Shown here piece after piece: positions 29,126 through 38,122 of a stretch of 64,000 nucleotides of DNA. The stretch's first letter is position 1; each line of letters opens with the position of its first letter. The stretch is from a virus (Duplodnaviria > Caudoviricetes): positions 52,897 through 116,896 of the IMG/VR virus record IMGVR_UViG_3300031853_000006. One strand, 5' to 3'. A model generated the notes under the pieces. The model was not told the origin of the DNA and did not search any database. It saw only the letters and a program-made list of their open reading frames with translations. Both the position numbers and the translations under genes were made by a program.

Positions 29126-30451
29126 ATGAAAAACAAACTTTTCAAAAAAGCGGTAGCGGTAGCAGCCGCAGCAGCAATGATTTTAGCATCAGCACCTGCA
29201 GTAGATTCAAAAGCAGCAGTAGCAATAACAGACAGCTACCCAATCACATCAGGAATTGATTCACTCAGCACAACAAGTTACTCATGCAAAGCAGCTAACA
29301 ACGTATCTTACGCAGGCAGCGCAGAAAACGTCATCAAGATTCACTTGAAAGAGCACAACGACTTAACCAGCACCGGAAAGCACGTAGAAGCTTTTACAGT
29401 ATTCACCGACGATCCATCTTGGATCAGCATCGTAGCCGTAGACAGCGGAGTAGATTGCAGCACTGCTCACATAGTAGACGATCAAAATTATCCGAATAGC
29501 CGATACACATCCGGTAGGAACATAACCGTCAGCAATCATCGTGCAGAGGAAGATGCATTCGGCAGGATCACATACGAAGGAGGAGCTTACGTCTACTTGG
29601 TAGCAAATAGTTACGCAGGGGGAGATGAAACAGATAGACGAGTTGGAGTAACTATCGTATCTAAAGCCAAGAGAGGTTCAACCGCATTTGAAGATTTGAC
29701 AAATATCACAATCGACATTGATGCAAAAGATCCTGAGCCAGAGCCAGCGCCGGAAGTTGAGCCAGAGCCTGAGACGGATCCCGAGTCTGAAGTTCTTAGA
29801 GGACCTGCTCCTGCACCGTCAGAAGCACCTGTAGCTGACAAGCAGGAAGACGAAAATGCTAAAGAGCCTGAAGCATCTAAAGAGCCAGAAGCATCTAAAG
29901 CACCTGAAGCATCTAAAGCACCTGAAAAGACTCCTGAGCCAGACGACAAGGACAAGGTAGAGGAAGAGAACGATGATCTCGAAGACACCGACAGCGCTGT
30001 CACATACGACGTAGGAGACGAAATAGAATCTCCGACAGCTATCTACACCGTAACAGCTGCAGACGACGGCAACTACGAATTAGAGTACTCAGATGTAGAC
30101 GATGAAGACTCAGAGGTGATCAACATTCCTAAGGTAGTTAAGTCAGACGGATTAACTTTCAAAGTAACATCCATCGGAGACGGGGCTTTCAAAGGTAACA
30201 CAACAGTAAAAGAAATAACAATCGGATCAAACATCGCTGAAATCGGAGATAAAGCCTTCTGGGGCTGCAAAGGTCTTCGAGTACTCAAGATAGTCAGCAC
30301 TAAACTTAAGCTGTCAAATATCGGCAGCCAGGCCTTCAAGAAGCTGAGCAGCAAGCTAGTAATCAAAGTACCTAAGTCAAAGATCAAATCATACAAAAAG
30401 ATCTTCCAGAAGAAAGGCCTCAGCAAGAAGGTTAAATTCAAAGCTATCTGA
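29126..30451 (+). CDS. secreted/surface protein with Pro/Glu linker and BspA-type leucine-rich repeats
   Basis: Sec signal peptide MKNKLFKKAVAVAAAAAMILASAPA; 'IPKVV....FKVTSIGDGAFKG...ITIGSNIAEIGDKAFWGC'. Confidence 0.8.
   Translation: MKNKLFKKAVAVAAAAAMILASAPAVDSKAAVAITDSYPITSGIDSLSTTSYSCKAANNVSYAGSAENVIKIHLKEHNDLTSTGKHVEAFTVFTDDPSWISIVAVDSGVDCSTAHIVDDQNYPNSRYTSGRNITVSNHRAEEDAFGRITYEGGAYVYLVANSYAGGDETDRRVGVTIVSKAKRGSTAFEDLTNITIDIDAKDPEPEPAPEVEPEPETDPESEVLRGPAPAPSEAPVADKQEDENAKEPEASKEPEASKAPEASKAPEKTPEPDDKDKVEEENDDLEDTDSAVTYDVGDEIESPTAIYTVTAADDGNYELEYSDVDDEDSEVINIPKVVKSDGLTFKVTSIGDGAFKGNTTVKEITIGSNIAEIGDKAFWGCKGLRVLKIVSTKLKLSNIGSQAFKKLSSKLVIKVPKSKIKSYKKIFQKKGLSKKVKFKAI
29861..29928 (+). repeat. 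18-bp in-frame tandem repeat (K[EA]PEAS)
   Basis: AAAG(AG/CA)CC(T/A)GAAGCATCT, about 3.7 copies. Confidence 0.85.
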
Positions 30452-30607
30452 TACAATAGGGTCTAGATAGATGCAGGAGAGTCCCGAATCGTTCGGGGCT
30501 CTTTTGCCGATTGAATGTCAAACTACGGAAAATCAATGAACACAGAACAGCTGAACCTTCAATAATATTGATAACAAGGAAGTTCAGAAAGCGAGGTAGC
30601 TAGTATC

Positions 30608-31006
30608 ATGAAAAGGGTCATATACGCAACTGCAACATACAGCACAAACAGCGAAGTCAAGGACTGTGCGAAATATGTACGCGACCTTATCAAGCAAACT
30701 AAAACTCCATTTACAGTGACGCTGGTAGATCCGTATTCGGACAAGAAGATGAATCAGAGAGTTAAACTCAATGCGCAAGTTTCGCAAAAGGGCAAGAATA
30801 ACTACTTCGTGAACGTCGAATACAATATGATGATCGACGAAGCCGATGAGGAAGAAAGCAATGACTTTCTGAATAACACAATAGATGACGTCATTGATGC
30901 AGCAATCGACAAGTATCCGATGCTTTCTATCGGTAGCAAGACAATATCCATCGGCGGATATCGTGGTCGAGTAGTTACTGGAATAACTGTCCGATCAGAG
31001 GGGTGA
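30608..31006 (+). CDS. MKRxIxA-tagged hypothetical protein
   Basis: MKRVIYATA; ACCTTCAATA motif at 30555. Confidence 0.7.
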   Translation: MKRVIYATATYSTNSEVKDCAKYVRDLIKQTKTPFTVTLVDPYSDKKMNQRVKLNAQVSQKGKNNYFVNVEYNMMIDEADEEESNDFLNNTIDDVIDAAIDKYPMLSIGSKTISIGGYRGRVVTGITVRSEG

Positions 31007-31012
31007 AACATA

Positions 31013-31216
31013 ATGAAAAGATGGATCCATGCAAAATCCACGATAATAGACGCAGCGTCAAACATAGGGACCTATAGGGGCGTGTCTTATGGAATGGAAG
31101 ATTCAGGCGATCAGCTTTATTACTTTGTAAAACGCAACGGTGAAGTAGAGTACGCTGAACTAGAAGACGAACTCTTCACACTAATAGATGAATACATCGA
31201 AAGGGGATACAAATGA
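31013..31216 (+). CDS. MKRxIxA-tagged small protein
   Basis: MKRWIHAKS...IIDAAS. Confidence 0.65.
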   Translation: MKRWIHAKSTIIDAASNIGTYRGVSYGMEDSGDQLYYFVKRNGEVEYAELEDELFTLIDEYIERGYK

Positions 31217-31554
31217 AACGATACATCCACTCATCACACGACTCAGAGAAAACATTCAAATACGAGATCTGGCAGATCAGTCACACACGTGAAGTTGATT
31301 ACGCATTCATGAGATGGAGTTATGCAGAGGATAATGGTTTCGACTTTGATGATTACAGCTTCGTTTACGAAGGAGAAATCGAAGAGAGCTCGGTAGAATG
31401 GGCATTGGAGAAACTTTTCACGAAGTTCAATTTACATCATCCGGCAGACTTCAGAGGTCATTCACTTAGTGTCAGCGATATAATCAAGCTAGACAACAAG
31501 TTCTACTACTGTGATTCCTTCGGGTTTGAAGATATCACAGATGTAATCCGATAA
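31213..31554 (+). CDS. YodL-like domain protein with MKRxIxSS tag
   Basis: 'YEIWQI', 'VYEG', 'LEKLFTKFN..HPADFRGHSLSVSDII', 'YYCDSFGF' YodL signature. Confidence 0.85.
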   Translation: MKRYIHSSHDSEKTFKYEIWQISHTREVDYAFMRWSYAEDNGFDFDDYSFVYEGEIEESSVEWALEKLFTKFNLHHPADFRGHSLSVSDIIKLDNKFYYCDSFGFEDITDVIR

Positions 31555-31667
31555 ACTAATAAGCTCACGTAGCTACATTAGTTATAGAAGAATCGAGTGC
31601 TGACCGAAGCGCCAGTGCTCTTTTTCTATGAAACCTAGAAGGGGAAATTAAGGGGAGGTCAAGCGAC

Positions 31668-32084
31668 ATGAACATATCAATACTTACTTGCAATGTTCAA
31701 CCCAGGATGCTCAGCGACACCGACGTAATGATTGAGAGTGCTACGATCATTATTGTAGTGTTTGTCGTTTTAGCAGTTATTGTCAACGCTCGCCTTGCTG
31801 TATCCAGAGATAGAGTTATTTATTTTGACACCTGGCTCTCAATAATCTGGGCCAAAGTAGCTGCGATGCATCTGAAGTATAACAATACCTCTCGAGTTAC
31901 CGCAGAACTTGAAGAAGCCAAATGCAAAACTTGGTTCTACTTAAATAGATCACAGATCAAACAACAGCTGACTGACGAAGGCGTATTAGAAGACGGTTGG
32001 GGAGTTAAGTCAGTGATCATTGAAGCAGTTTACAACATGTATTGCGAAGCAAGAGATTCAGCTGATGAAGAAATCGTTAAATAG
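31668..32084 (+). CDS. hypothetical membrane protein
   Basis: ORF with GGAGG RBS and one TM segment. Confidence 0.55.
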   Translation: MNISILTCNVQPRMLSDTDVMIESATIIIVVFVVLAVIVNARLAVSRDRVIYFDTWLSIIWAKVAAMHLKYNNTSRVTAELEEAKCKTWFYLNRSQIKQQLTDEGVLEDGWGVKSVIIEAVYNMYCEARDSADEEIVK

Positions 32085-32147
32085 AGTGTAGGCATCTAGT
32101 TCTTGTATAATTGCTGCAAGAACTAAGCATTGCAAAGGAGTACACTC

Positions 32148-32420
32148 ATGAACAAGGCTGAACGAATAATTGAACGAGCTGTAAGCAGCACATTTGCAAG
32201 ATTTCACAAGATCTCAAATGACGAACTCAGAAAAACATTCTGTTACAGCGATCTTTTCTTTCTGATTGAAAGGATGTTACGTGAAACCGCACAACTAGTT
32301 CTTACAGAGGACTACACTCCAGAAGAGCTTGCCAATGCTATCGCAGAGTACAGATGGGATCTCGTTTCATATCCGAGCGAGGTCAAATCGGACAACCGAT
32401 GGGCAAGTCTTTTGCAATGA
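32148..32420 (+). CDS. hypothetical protein
   Basis: ATG after AAAGGAG. Confidence 0.6.
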   Translation: MNKAERIIERAVSSTFARFHKISNDELRKTFCYSDLFFLIERMLRETAQLVLTEDYTPEELANAIAEYRWDLVSYPSEVKSDNRWASLLQ

Positions 32421-32436
32421 GGTGAAACTTAGAAAG

Positions 32437-32757
32437 ATGGAAACAAATCAGATAACACTGCAAGAAGAGCTTACACAGCTACTAGCTGATCCGGCTATTC
32501 AGCATGCGTTCAACGAAGCTTCTAAACGCGCACAGCAGCAGAACTTAGTAAGCCCAAAGGCAGAAGGTCGAGTATTAACACAGCCTGAAGCAGATCTAGT
32601 CATCTCAACAGTAGAACAAGTTCTGCAGAATGTGGAAATAATCAGATACACCGAACCAGAATTACGCAAAGCTTACATGGAAGGCTACCAAGAAGCGTGT
32701 AAGAATATAACAGAGATGATCAAGATCTCTGAAGCCGCAGAGGAAAGCAAATACTAA
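32437..32757 (+). CDS. hypothetical protein
   Basis: ATG after GAGGTG. Confidence 0.6.
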   Translation: METNQITLQEELTQLLADPAIQHAFNEASKRAQQQNLVSPKAEGRVLTQPEADLVISTVEQVLQNVEIIRYTEPELRKAYMEGYQEACKNITEMIKISEAAEESKY

Positions 32758-32779
32758 CAGAGAGGAGCCCTAACCTACA

Positions 32780-33055
32780 ATGAAAAGACCATTTGAAGCA
32801 TTTAGTTATATCGGACCATTCCAGAATGACGACGGAATGTGGACTGCAGAAGCACTCGGCAAGCTCGGAGTACATGTAGACATCGATACAGAAGCAGATT
32901 CTGTAAAAGATATCTGCACGGTTCTCAAGAAAGAAAAAATCATTCCATCCGCAGATATGCGGAGAGTCAACGCCACTATTGGCACCGACATAATCGAAGT
33001 ACACGAGAAAAAGGGCATGAAGCCGCTTTGTAGACTAGTAATCAAGCGCATCTGA
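32780..33055 (+). CDS. hypothetical protein
   Basis: ORF with GAGGAG RBS. Confidence 0.65.
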   Translation: MKRPFEAFSYIGPFQNDDGMWTAEALGKLGVHVDIDTEADSVKDICTVLKKEKIIPSADMRRVNATIGTDIIEVHEKKGMKPLCRLVIKRI

Positions 33056-33071
33056 AATAAAGGAGAACACT

Positions 33072-33320
33072 ATGCGAGCTTTTGTCAAAAGCCCTAAGCA
33101 GACTGAAAGATGTATTGTCGATAATTTCGGCATCCGCGAAAGCGATCGAGCAATCATGATGCCGGTCTACAGAGACGACGGGGCATATATAAGAGATATC
33201 TGGGTTCCGAAATCATTGATTGTTTCCAGAAGGCCTCATGGCGTAGGCTGCACAGCTTTTGAGATTAAGTCATGGTTCTTGCAGAAAGAATTAGAACCTG
33301 ACCAGACAATCGGAGAGTAA
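33072..33320 (+). CDS. hypothetical protein
   Basis: ORF with AAGGAG RBS; 'IWVPKS' motif. Confidence 0.65.
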   Translation: MRAFVKSPKQTERCIVDNFGIRESDRAIMMPVYRDDGAYIRDIWVPKSLIVSRRPHGVGCTAFEIKSWFLQKELEPDQTIGE

Positions 33321-33359
33321 TTCTAAAACATTTTCAATACACATTCACATTACAAAAAT

Positions 33360-33412
33360 GCAGAAAAAGGCCACTTGCTGATCAATACGATCGGCTTGTA
33401 GGCCTTTTCTGC
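33360..33412. terminator. bidirectional terminator-like stem
   Basis: GCAGAAAAAGGCC...GGCCTTTTCTGC between convergent genes. Confidence 0.6.
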
Positions 33413-33444
33413 AACTTATGAGTACAATTGTTAGTTAAGTAGGC

Positions 33445-33885
33445 TTATCTGGCGTAAATAGTTCCATTCCGAGCAAACTGCCAATGTGTGCAATAGTATC
33501 TGTATTGGCTTCCTTCCTGTTCGAGGTAACCCCTGACCATCATGATCCAAGCAGTAGGCCCTCCGTTATAATATGAAGTATATTGAAGATAACACGTGAG
33601 TGTGGTTTGTAGACTAGCTAGGAACTCATCTACTGCTGATTTAGTAGCTATTCCACTGCATCCAAAATAAATATCATTTGTTTCAGGTAGCTTCTGTTGC
33701 AGCATCCACTCGTTATACGAATCATATCCTAATTGCTGTTTTATAGCAGCGGTTACAACGCTTGTATATTCGTCCCAGCTACTTGCACTGTGCGATTCAT
33801 TTGGAAGAGGATTGCTCACAGTTACTGGTAACATTGTCCATTCTCTACTACCTGATCCGCCACATCCGTTCACATATGTTGACAT
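33445..33885 (-). CDS. MS[TCS]xx...GGG family adhesin-like protein
   Basis: Start MSTYVNGCGGSG at 33885 after GGAGG; GTCGACCTT upstream (about 33957-33949). Confidence 0.7.
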   Translation of the reverse strand: MSTYVNGCGGSGSREWTMLPVTVSNPLPNESHSASSWDEYTSVVTAAIKQQLGYDSYNEWMLQQKLPETNDIYFGCSGIATKSAVDEFLASLQTTLTCYLQYTSYYNGGPTAWIMMVRGYLEQEGSQYRYYCTHWQFARNGTIYAR

Positions 33886-33984
33886 ATTTTCTATGTACCT
33901 CCATTTTCGATAAATAATCACGTCATTACAACGTGTCGTCGAAAATATAAGGTCGACAGGTGTGCGCGGAGAATCTAATATTAA

Positions 33985-34701
33985 CTATCTATGTTTAGTC
34001 ATATATCCAAAAGTTGTATTCATAGAAACTGAAGTACATGGTTTTACGCCGCTACCTTTTTGTATGCAGAATCCAGCTAATATCTGATATGGATATAGCT
34101 TGAAAAAATAATCAGCGTAATATTCAATTATCAATTGATAAGGTAATTGAAAATCCTTGTCAGAATAAGAAGTTCCCGCAAACTTGTAAGTTAATTCTGT
34201 GTTTCCTGTCCAGCCTGCACTTGCACTTCGATGATCTATGAAGTTAGCACCTTGATTAAATTCTTGAGGTGGCAATTCAACTAAGGTAGTAAGGGCAGAT
34301 TGCTGTATGCCTTGTGAACATGAATAGTAAGTATCCGCTTGGATTCTCTTATACACTGTAAATACAGGATAAACAACACTACCCGTTAATTTCATAGTTA
34401 GCGGGACAGGAGCACCGCTTGCTTTAGACACACGGTACGCATAGTGATACGAATAGGTAGCATTCGGTTGAAACATTGCGTTTCCGACCTTAATGTATCC
34501 GTCGTTACCTAACTCTTCTACTACTACGCTGCCTGTGCTGTCCTGGAACGTTATTGGATATCCAGATAATATCAGATCTCCTTCTTGCCAGTTTGCAGTT
34601 ACGGATTCATTAAAGCCGGTTAAGTAACCAATGAATGCACACGCAAGCCCCATCTTTGGTACAGAACTCGGCGTCAGCTGACTACTCACATAACAACTCA
34701 T
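33985..34701 (-). CDS. MS[TCS]xx family adhesin-like protein
   Basis: MSCYVSSQL; AAGGAGG; GTCGACCTT upstream. Confidence 0.7.
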   Translation of the reverse strand: MSCYVSSQLTPSSVPKMGLACAFIGYLTGFNESVTANWQEGDLILSGYPITFQDSTGSVVVEELGNDGYIKVGNAMFQPNATYSYHYAYRVSKASGAPVPLTMKLTGSVVYPVFTVYKRIQADTYYSCSQGIQQSALTTLVELPPQEFNQGANFIDHRSASAGWTGNTELTYKFAGTSYSDKDFQLPYQLIIEYYADYFFKLYPYQILAGFCIQKGSGVKPCTSVSMNTTFGYMTKHR

Positions 34702-34872
34702 ATTTCTATATAACCTCCTTAAAAAGAAATTTCAACTTCATGACAAGAAAAATATAAGGTCGACACCATTTTCTCAGTCGAAACAAGGCTTCGCATACAC
34801 TCGACCTTTAATATGTCCGTCACACGAAACACATGAGAAAAGCTTTTTAATATAAAGGAGGAAAAAGAATAA

Positions 34873-35550
34873 ATGAGTTGTTATGTCAGCAGTCAGCTTA
34901 GCCCAAGTTTAGGCGGAGCATCCGGTAATTGGGAATATAAGTTCATCGGAGGAGTACAGTCAGGTCAAACAGGTTATGCAGAGTTACCTAATTTGAAAGT
35001 AGGGGATGTAATAGCATTTGGACCCAGTAACACCTCATATTTAAGCAATACTACTGTGCAAATGCAGAATGCAAGTTACAAAATAGTAGGGAATGTGCTT
35101 AGTGGAGGAGTAGGGGTGTATTCAAGAGCATCTATAGATGGTAGCCCTTCATTTTATATAACTTCTATATCAGGTACACCTACTATATCTATATCTAGTA
35201 ATTCAGGTTATCGATACATGTGCGTTATTAGCCAATCTAGTACTAAGCATACCGTGTTAAAAACAAACATCTCAGATAATCAGAATATTGGATTAGTATA
35301 TCAACCGGAGTTAGCTTCGGCTGACTACGCATACTGGACATTTGATAGTTCTGGTTCAAGTACTTTCTACTTGAATTTTTCTAATCAAAATGAGGTATCT
35401 TTCGAACATTATATCTCGCAGTCAGTATATGGATATAGGTCATATCCAGGAACATTGATACAAGATTATGCAGTTAATCTATCCAATATGTCACTTGCTA
35501 CTCAACTTAACACTTCTACTAATTATGTCAAAAAATACATAAGCATTTAA
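34873..35550 (+). CDS. MS[TCS]xx...GG family adhesin-like protein
   Basis: MSCYVSSQLSPSLGG; TCGACCTTTAATA at 34801. Confidence 0.7.
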   Translation: MSCYVSSQLSPSLGGASGNWEYKFIGGVQSGQTGYAELPNLKVGDVIAFGPSNTSYLSNTTVQMQNASYKIVGNVLSGGVGVYSRASIDGSPSFYITSISGTPTISISSNSGYRYMCVISQSSTKHTVLKTNISDNQNIGLVYQPELASADYAYWTFDSSGSSTFYLNFSNQNEVSFEHYISQSVYGYRSYPGTLIQDYAVNLSNMSLATQLNTSTNYVKKYISI

Positions 35551-35662
35551 GTAGTCCGACGCCATCGCAACCCCTCGACCTTTAATACTACACAACAGTA
35601 CGAAACACATTTGAAGTGTTTCGCATACAACTAATTGAGTATTAAAGGAGGTACATTAACTT

Positions 35663-36160
35663 ATGAGTAGTTATGTTGGATCAACAGGTACGAGTGGAGG
35701 CGGAGAGTTAAAAGACCCTCTCATGATATATCAGAAAACATCAGGCACCACCGAAAACGTGTATATTAGCTTTAGCGATACTCAAAGTTATATTCAGCAG
35801 GGATACACCTACATGTTTTTTGCGTTAAACGGAGAGTATAAATCAGGGGACACATATCGAGGCGGAGGGTTAGTAGGTAATTCGTTTTTGCCTTTACAAA
35901 TCATAGTAAAATTGTACGAGTTGCAGCGGCAAGATGCTGGAGGGAGCGGAGGTAACGGGTATTACTTCTGGGAGCGGTTATCTGAGTCTTCAACAACTAT
36001 GACGGCTCATCCATTCGGCGTATACTACTGTTATAACGCATCGAACACTGCATATGCGTATCCGAACTACATTAGCGGTAGCGGGCAGTTAGAAGTGGCA
36101 GTTCGGCGTAGCAGTACAGATAATGGCCGATATGTGTCACCCACAATTTATGTTATGTAA
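35663..36160 (+). CDS. MS[TCS]xx...GGG family adhesin-like protein
   Basis: MSSYVGSTGTSGGG; TCGACCTTTAATA at about 35575. Confidence 0.7.
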   Translation: MSSYVGSTGTSGGGELKDPLMIYQKTSGTTENVYISFSDTQSYIQQGYTYMFFALNGEYKSGDTYRGGGLVGNSFLPLQIIVKLYELQRQDAGGSGGNGYYFWERLSESSTTMTAHPFGVYYCYNASNTAYAYPNYISGSGQLEVAVRRSSTDNGRYVSPTIYVM

Positions 36161-36321
36161 TTAGTGTCGCAAGTACATTATCACATAATTGTACTCATAA
36201 TAAAAGAAAAAGCTCCTTTCTTCTTGGGAGCTTTTTCTATGTATTGTTATAGGAAATCTTTTAAGCCCTTACCTGCAAGCACTGAGGGCTTATTTTTTTT
36301 TGAATAATTTTAAGAAAAGTC

Positions 36322-36350
36322 TTGACTTTTTCATATAGATATCATATAAT
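36322..36350 (+). promoter_or_regulatory. conserved sigmaA-type early promoter repeat
   Basis: TTGACT-17-TATAAT. Confidence 0.8.
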
Positions 36351-36398
36351 ATACTTGTACCAGATAACATAGTACCTACACCGAAGGAGGTAACACTT

Positions 36399-36560
36399 AT
36401 GGAAAGAAGATACTTAGTAACAACTCAGGTACCCGAAACAGAAAGCACTTACACAAACTACATCGAGGCACATAGCGCTCAGGAAGCTGTAGATAAGGTT
36501 AGAGTATTTGATCCAGCTCCTGTCATCGAAGTATCAGTCATCGTTAAGGATTGGAAATGA
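36399..36560 (+). CDS. 53-aa hypothetical protein
   Basis: AAGGAGG RBS; MERRYLVTTQ...IEAHSAQEAV; not in ORF track. Confidence 0.6.
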   Translation: MERRYLVTTQVPETESTYTNYIEAHSAQEAVDKVRVFDPAPVIEVSVIVKDWK

Positions 36561-36590
36561 TACAAAGGACTTGAAAGGAGTGTAACGCAT

Positions 36591-37364
36591 ATGACGATAG
36601 AGACCTTAGAGAAGAGAATAGCCGGAAAAGAAAAAGCAATAGCTACGTTGGAGAAAAAGATACAGCGAATAGAAGCAGCTAAAGCAACTAATTGGGAAAA
36701 GAACCCATACTATTATGATGAGCAAGATCTTAAATGGGCTAAAGAAGAACTCGCATCTGAGATGAATGTTTTAGTTAAGTATCGGGAGCAGCTTAAACAG
36801 GAGCAGGAAAAAGTAGCAAGCAGAAATGTAGAAGCTCTTGTAACATTCTTAGAGACCTGGAAGGAGGATTGCATTAGTTACTTTTTAGAGGAGCATCAAA
36901 AGTACCTAGAGGCTCGCAAAGAATACTACGCAGCTGGTAAGCAGTTTTGCGAAAGATTTAATTCACGCAGGGCATTAGGGCTTACAACAGATGAGATCAA
37001 CAAGCTTGAAGCAGACTACAAAAAGTTGAGAGAAACGTTTAAGCAGAGATGGAGACACGTAATACAATTTGATCAGGGAAGCCTCTCTTGGGAAGAAACC
37101 ATGAGGAAACATCTTGAGATAGAGAAAAATCGCAAGTACGATGATATTATCAAGAGGACTAACAAGGTTGTCGGAAAGATAGCAGACGCCTCAGGCCTAC
37201 ACGTAGGTGCAAAAGGAGACCTCAACGGCATTATAATCGGCACAGAAGGGAAGGCTAAAGTAGAAACAATTGGCGCCGGAGGGTACAACGAAGACGTAAT
37301 TCTTGAAAGCGGACGTCACGGTCAGTGTTATCATTTCAGGACACTTATTCACGAGATCAACTAA
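36591..37364 (+). CDS. conserved coiled-coil phage protein
   Basis: C-terminal 'LNGIIIG..G.AKVETIGAGGYN...QCYHFRTL'. Confidence 0.7.
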   Translation: MTIETLEKRIAGKEKAIATLEKKIQRIEAAKATNWEKNPYYYDEQDLKWAKEELASEMNVLVKYREQLKQEQEKVASRNVEALVTFLETWKEDCISYFLEEHQKYLEARKEYYAAGKQFCERFNSRRALGLTTDEINKLEADYKKLRETFKQRWRHVIQFDQGSLSWEETMRKHLEIEKNRKYDDIIKRTNKVVGKIADASGLHVGAKGDLNGIIIGTEGKAKVETIGAGGYNEDVILESGRHGQCYHFRTLIHEIN

Positions 37365-37377
37365 AGGAGGATAACAT

Positions 37378-37671
37378 ATGGATCAGAAAGTAACATTAAG
37401 AGGAAATACTCGCACAGAATGCAAGAACTGTAACTTCTGTGAGCATATTATGCAGACAACTGATCTATCGACTGAACTGGGCTTGCAGAAATTCTTCACA
37501 GGACTGATTGTCGTATCGTTATATAAGAAGGGAGGATGTCCTCTTAACACTGAACTCAACTTGTTAGGGCTCATCACTCCTGAAGATCGTACACAGTCAT
37601 TCATATCAGCCTATCGACAAACAGTTAATAGTGCTGAAATCATCGAGAAGGAGAACAGAATCCATGACTAA
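37378..37671 (+). CDS. hypothetical protein
   Basis: AAGGAGG RBS; CxxCxxC. Confidence 0.6.
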   Translation: MDQKVTLRGNTRTECKNCNFCEHIMQTTDLSTELGLQKFFTGLIVVSLYKKGGCPLNTELNLLGLITPEDRTQSFISAYRQTVNSAEIIEKENRIHD

Positions 37672-37849
37672 TCTTTCTAAGCTGGATGAAACTAATTCAG
37701 CAAAACCTAATTCCGCCTATCTGAGCGAGCAGGAATACAGAGCGTTGCTCAGTCAGCGGATGAAACAATACAGAGAATACTTGTCGAAACGCGAAAAATT
37801 CGCAAACACTCGAATGACCGAAAAGGGGGACAACAGTAACCATGACTGA
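37664..37849 (+). CDS. hypothetical protein
   Basis: ATG after AAGGAG. Confidence 0.5.
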   Translation: MTNLSKLDETNSAKPNSAYLSEQEYRALLSQRMKQYREYLSKREKFANTRMTEKGDNSNHD

Positions 37850-38090
37850 AGTTAACACTATTGAGATTGCTGACGCACCGCTGAAGTGCGAGATTGTATT
37901 TCAGCCCGATGAATTGCTCAAGCTGCAAGCTATCGGAGCACACAGAGGAGAATCCATTGGTGAAGTAGTATCAGATGCCTTATACTCAAGGTATCAATCA
38001 CTGCGTAGCGTAGGTGCGTTTGAAGAAATAACAGATGAAAACATGCAGTTAAGAAAAATCAAAGTCCTGCGGTTCTGGAAAGATAACTGA
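37842..38090 (+). CDS. hypothetical protein (possible ribbon-helix-helix)
   Basis: ORF; short strand followed by two helices. Confidence 0.55.
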   Translation: MTEVNTIEIADAPLKCEIVFQPDELLKLQAIGAHRGESIGEVVSDALYSRYQSLRSVGAFEEITDENMQLRKIKVLRFWKDN

Positions 38091-38122
38091 TCCGCCGGTA
38101 TCGTTATGTACTGATGTAGGAG

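Noticed and set aside
29611-30456. Antisense ORFs 29611-30003 and 30073-30456 and similar shadow ORFs inside ligase, tape measure, baseplate and Hef-like genes
   Set aside because: They overlap well-supported genes on the other strand or frame, lack RBSs and reflect codon bias or repeats
33413-36202. Classical shufflon
   Set aside because: No recombinase nearby, each gene has its own promoter/RBS/start, and inversion at the repeats would not fuse a constant N-terminus to alternative C-termini
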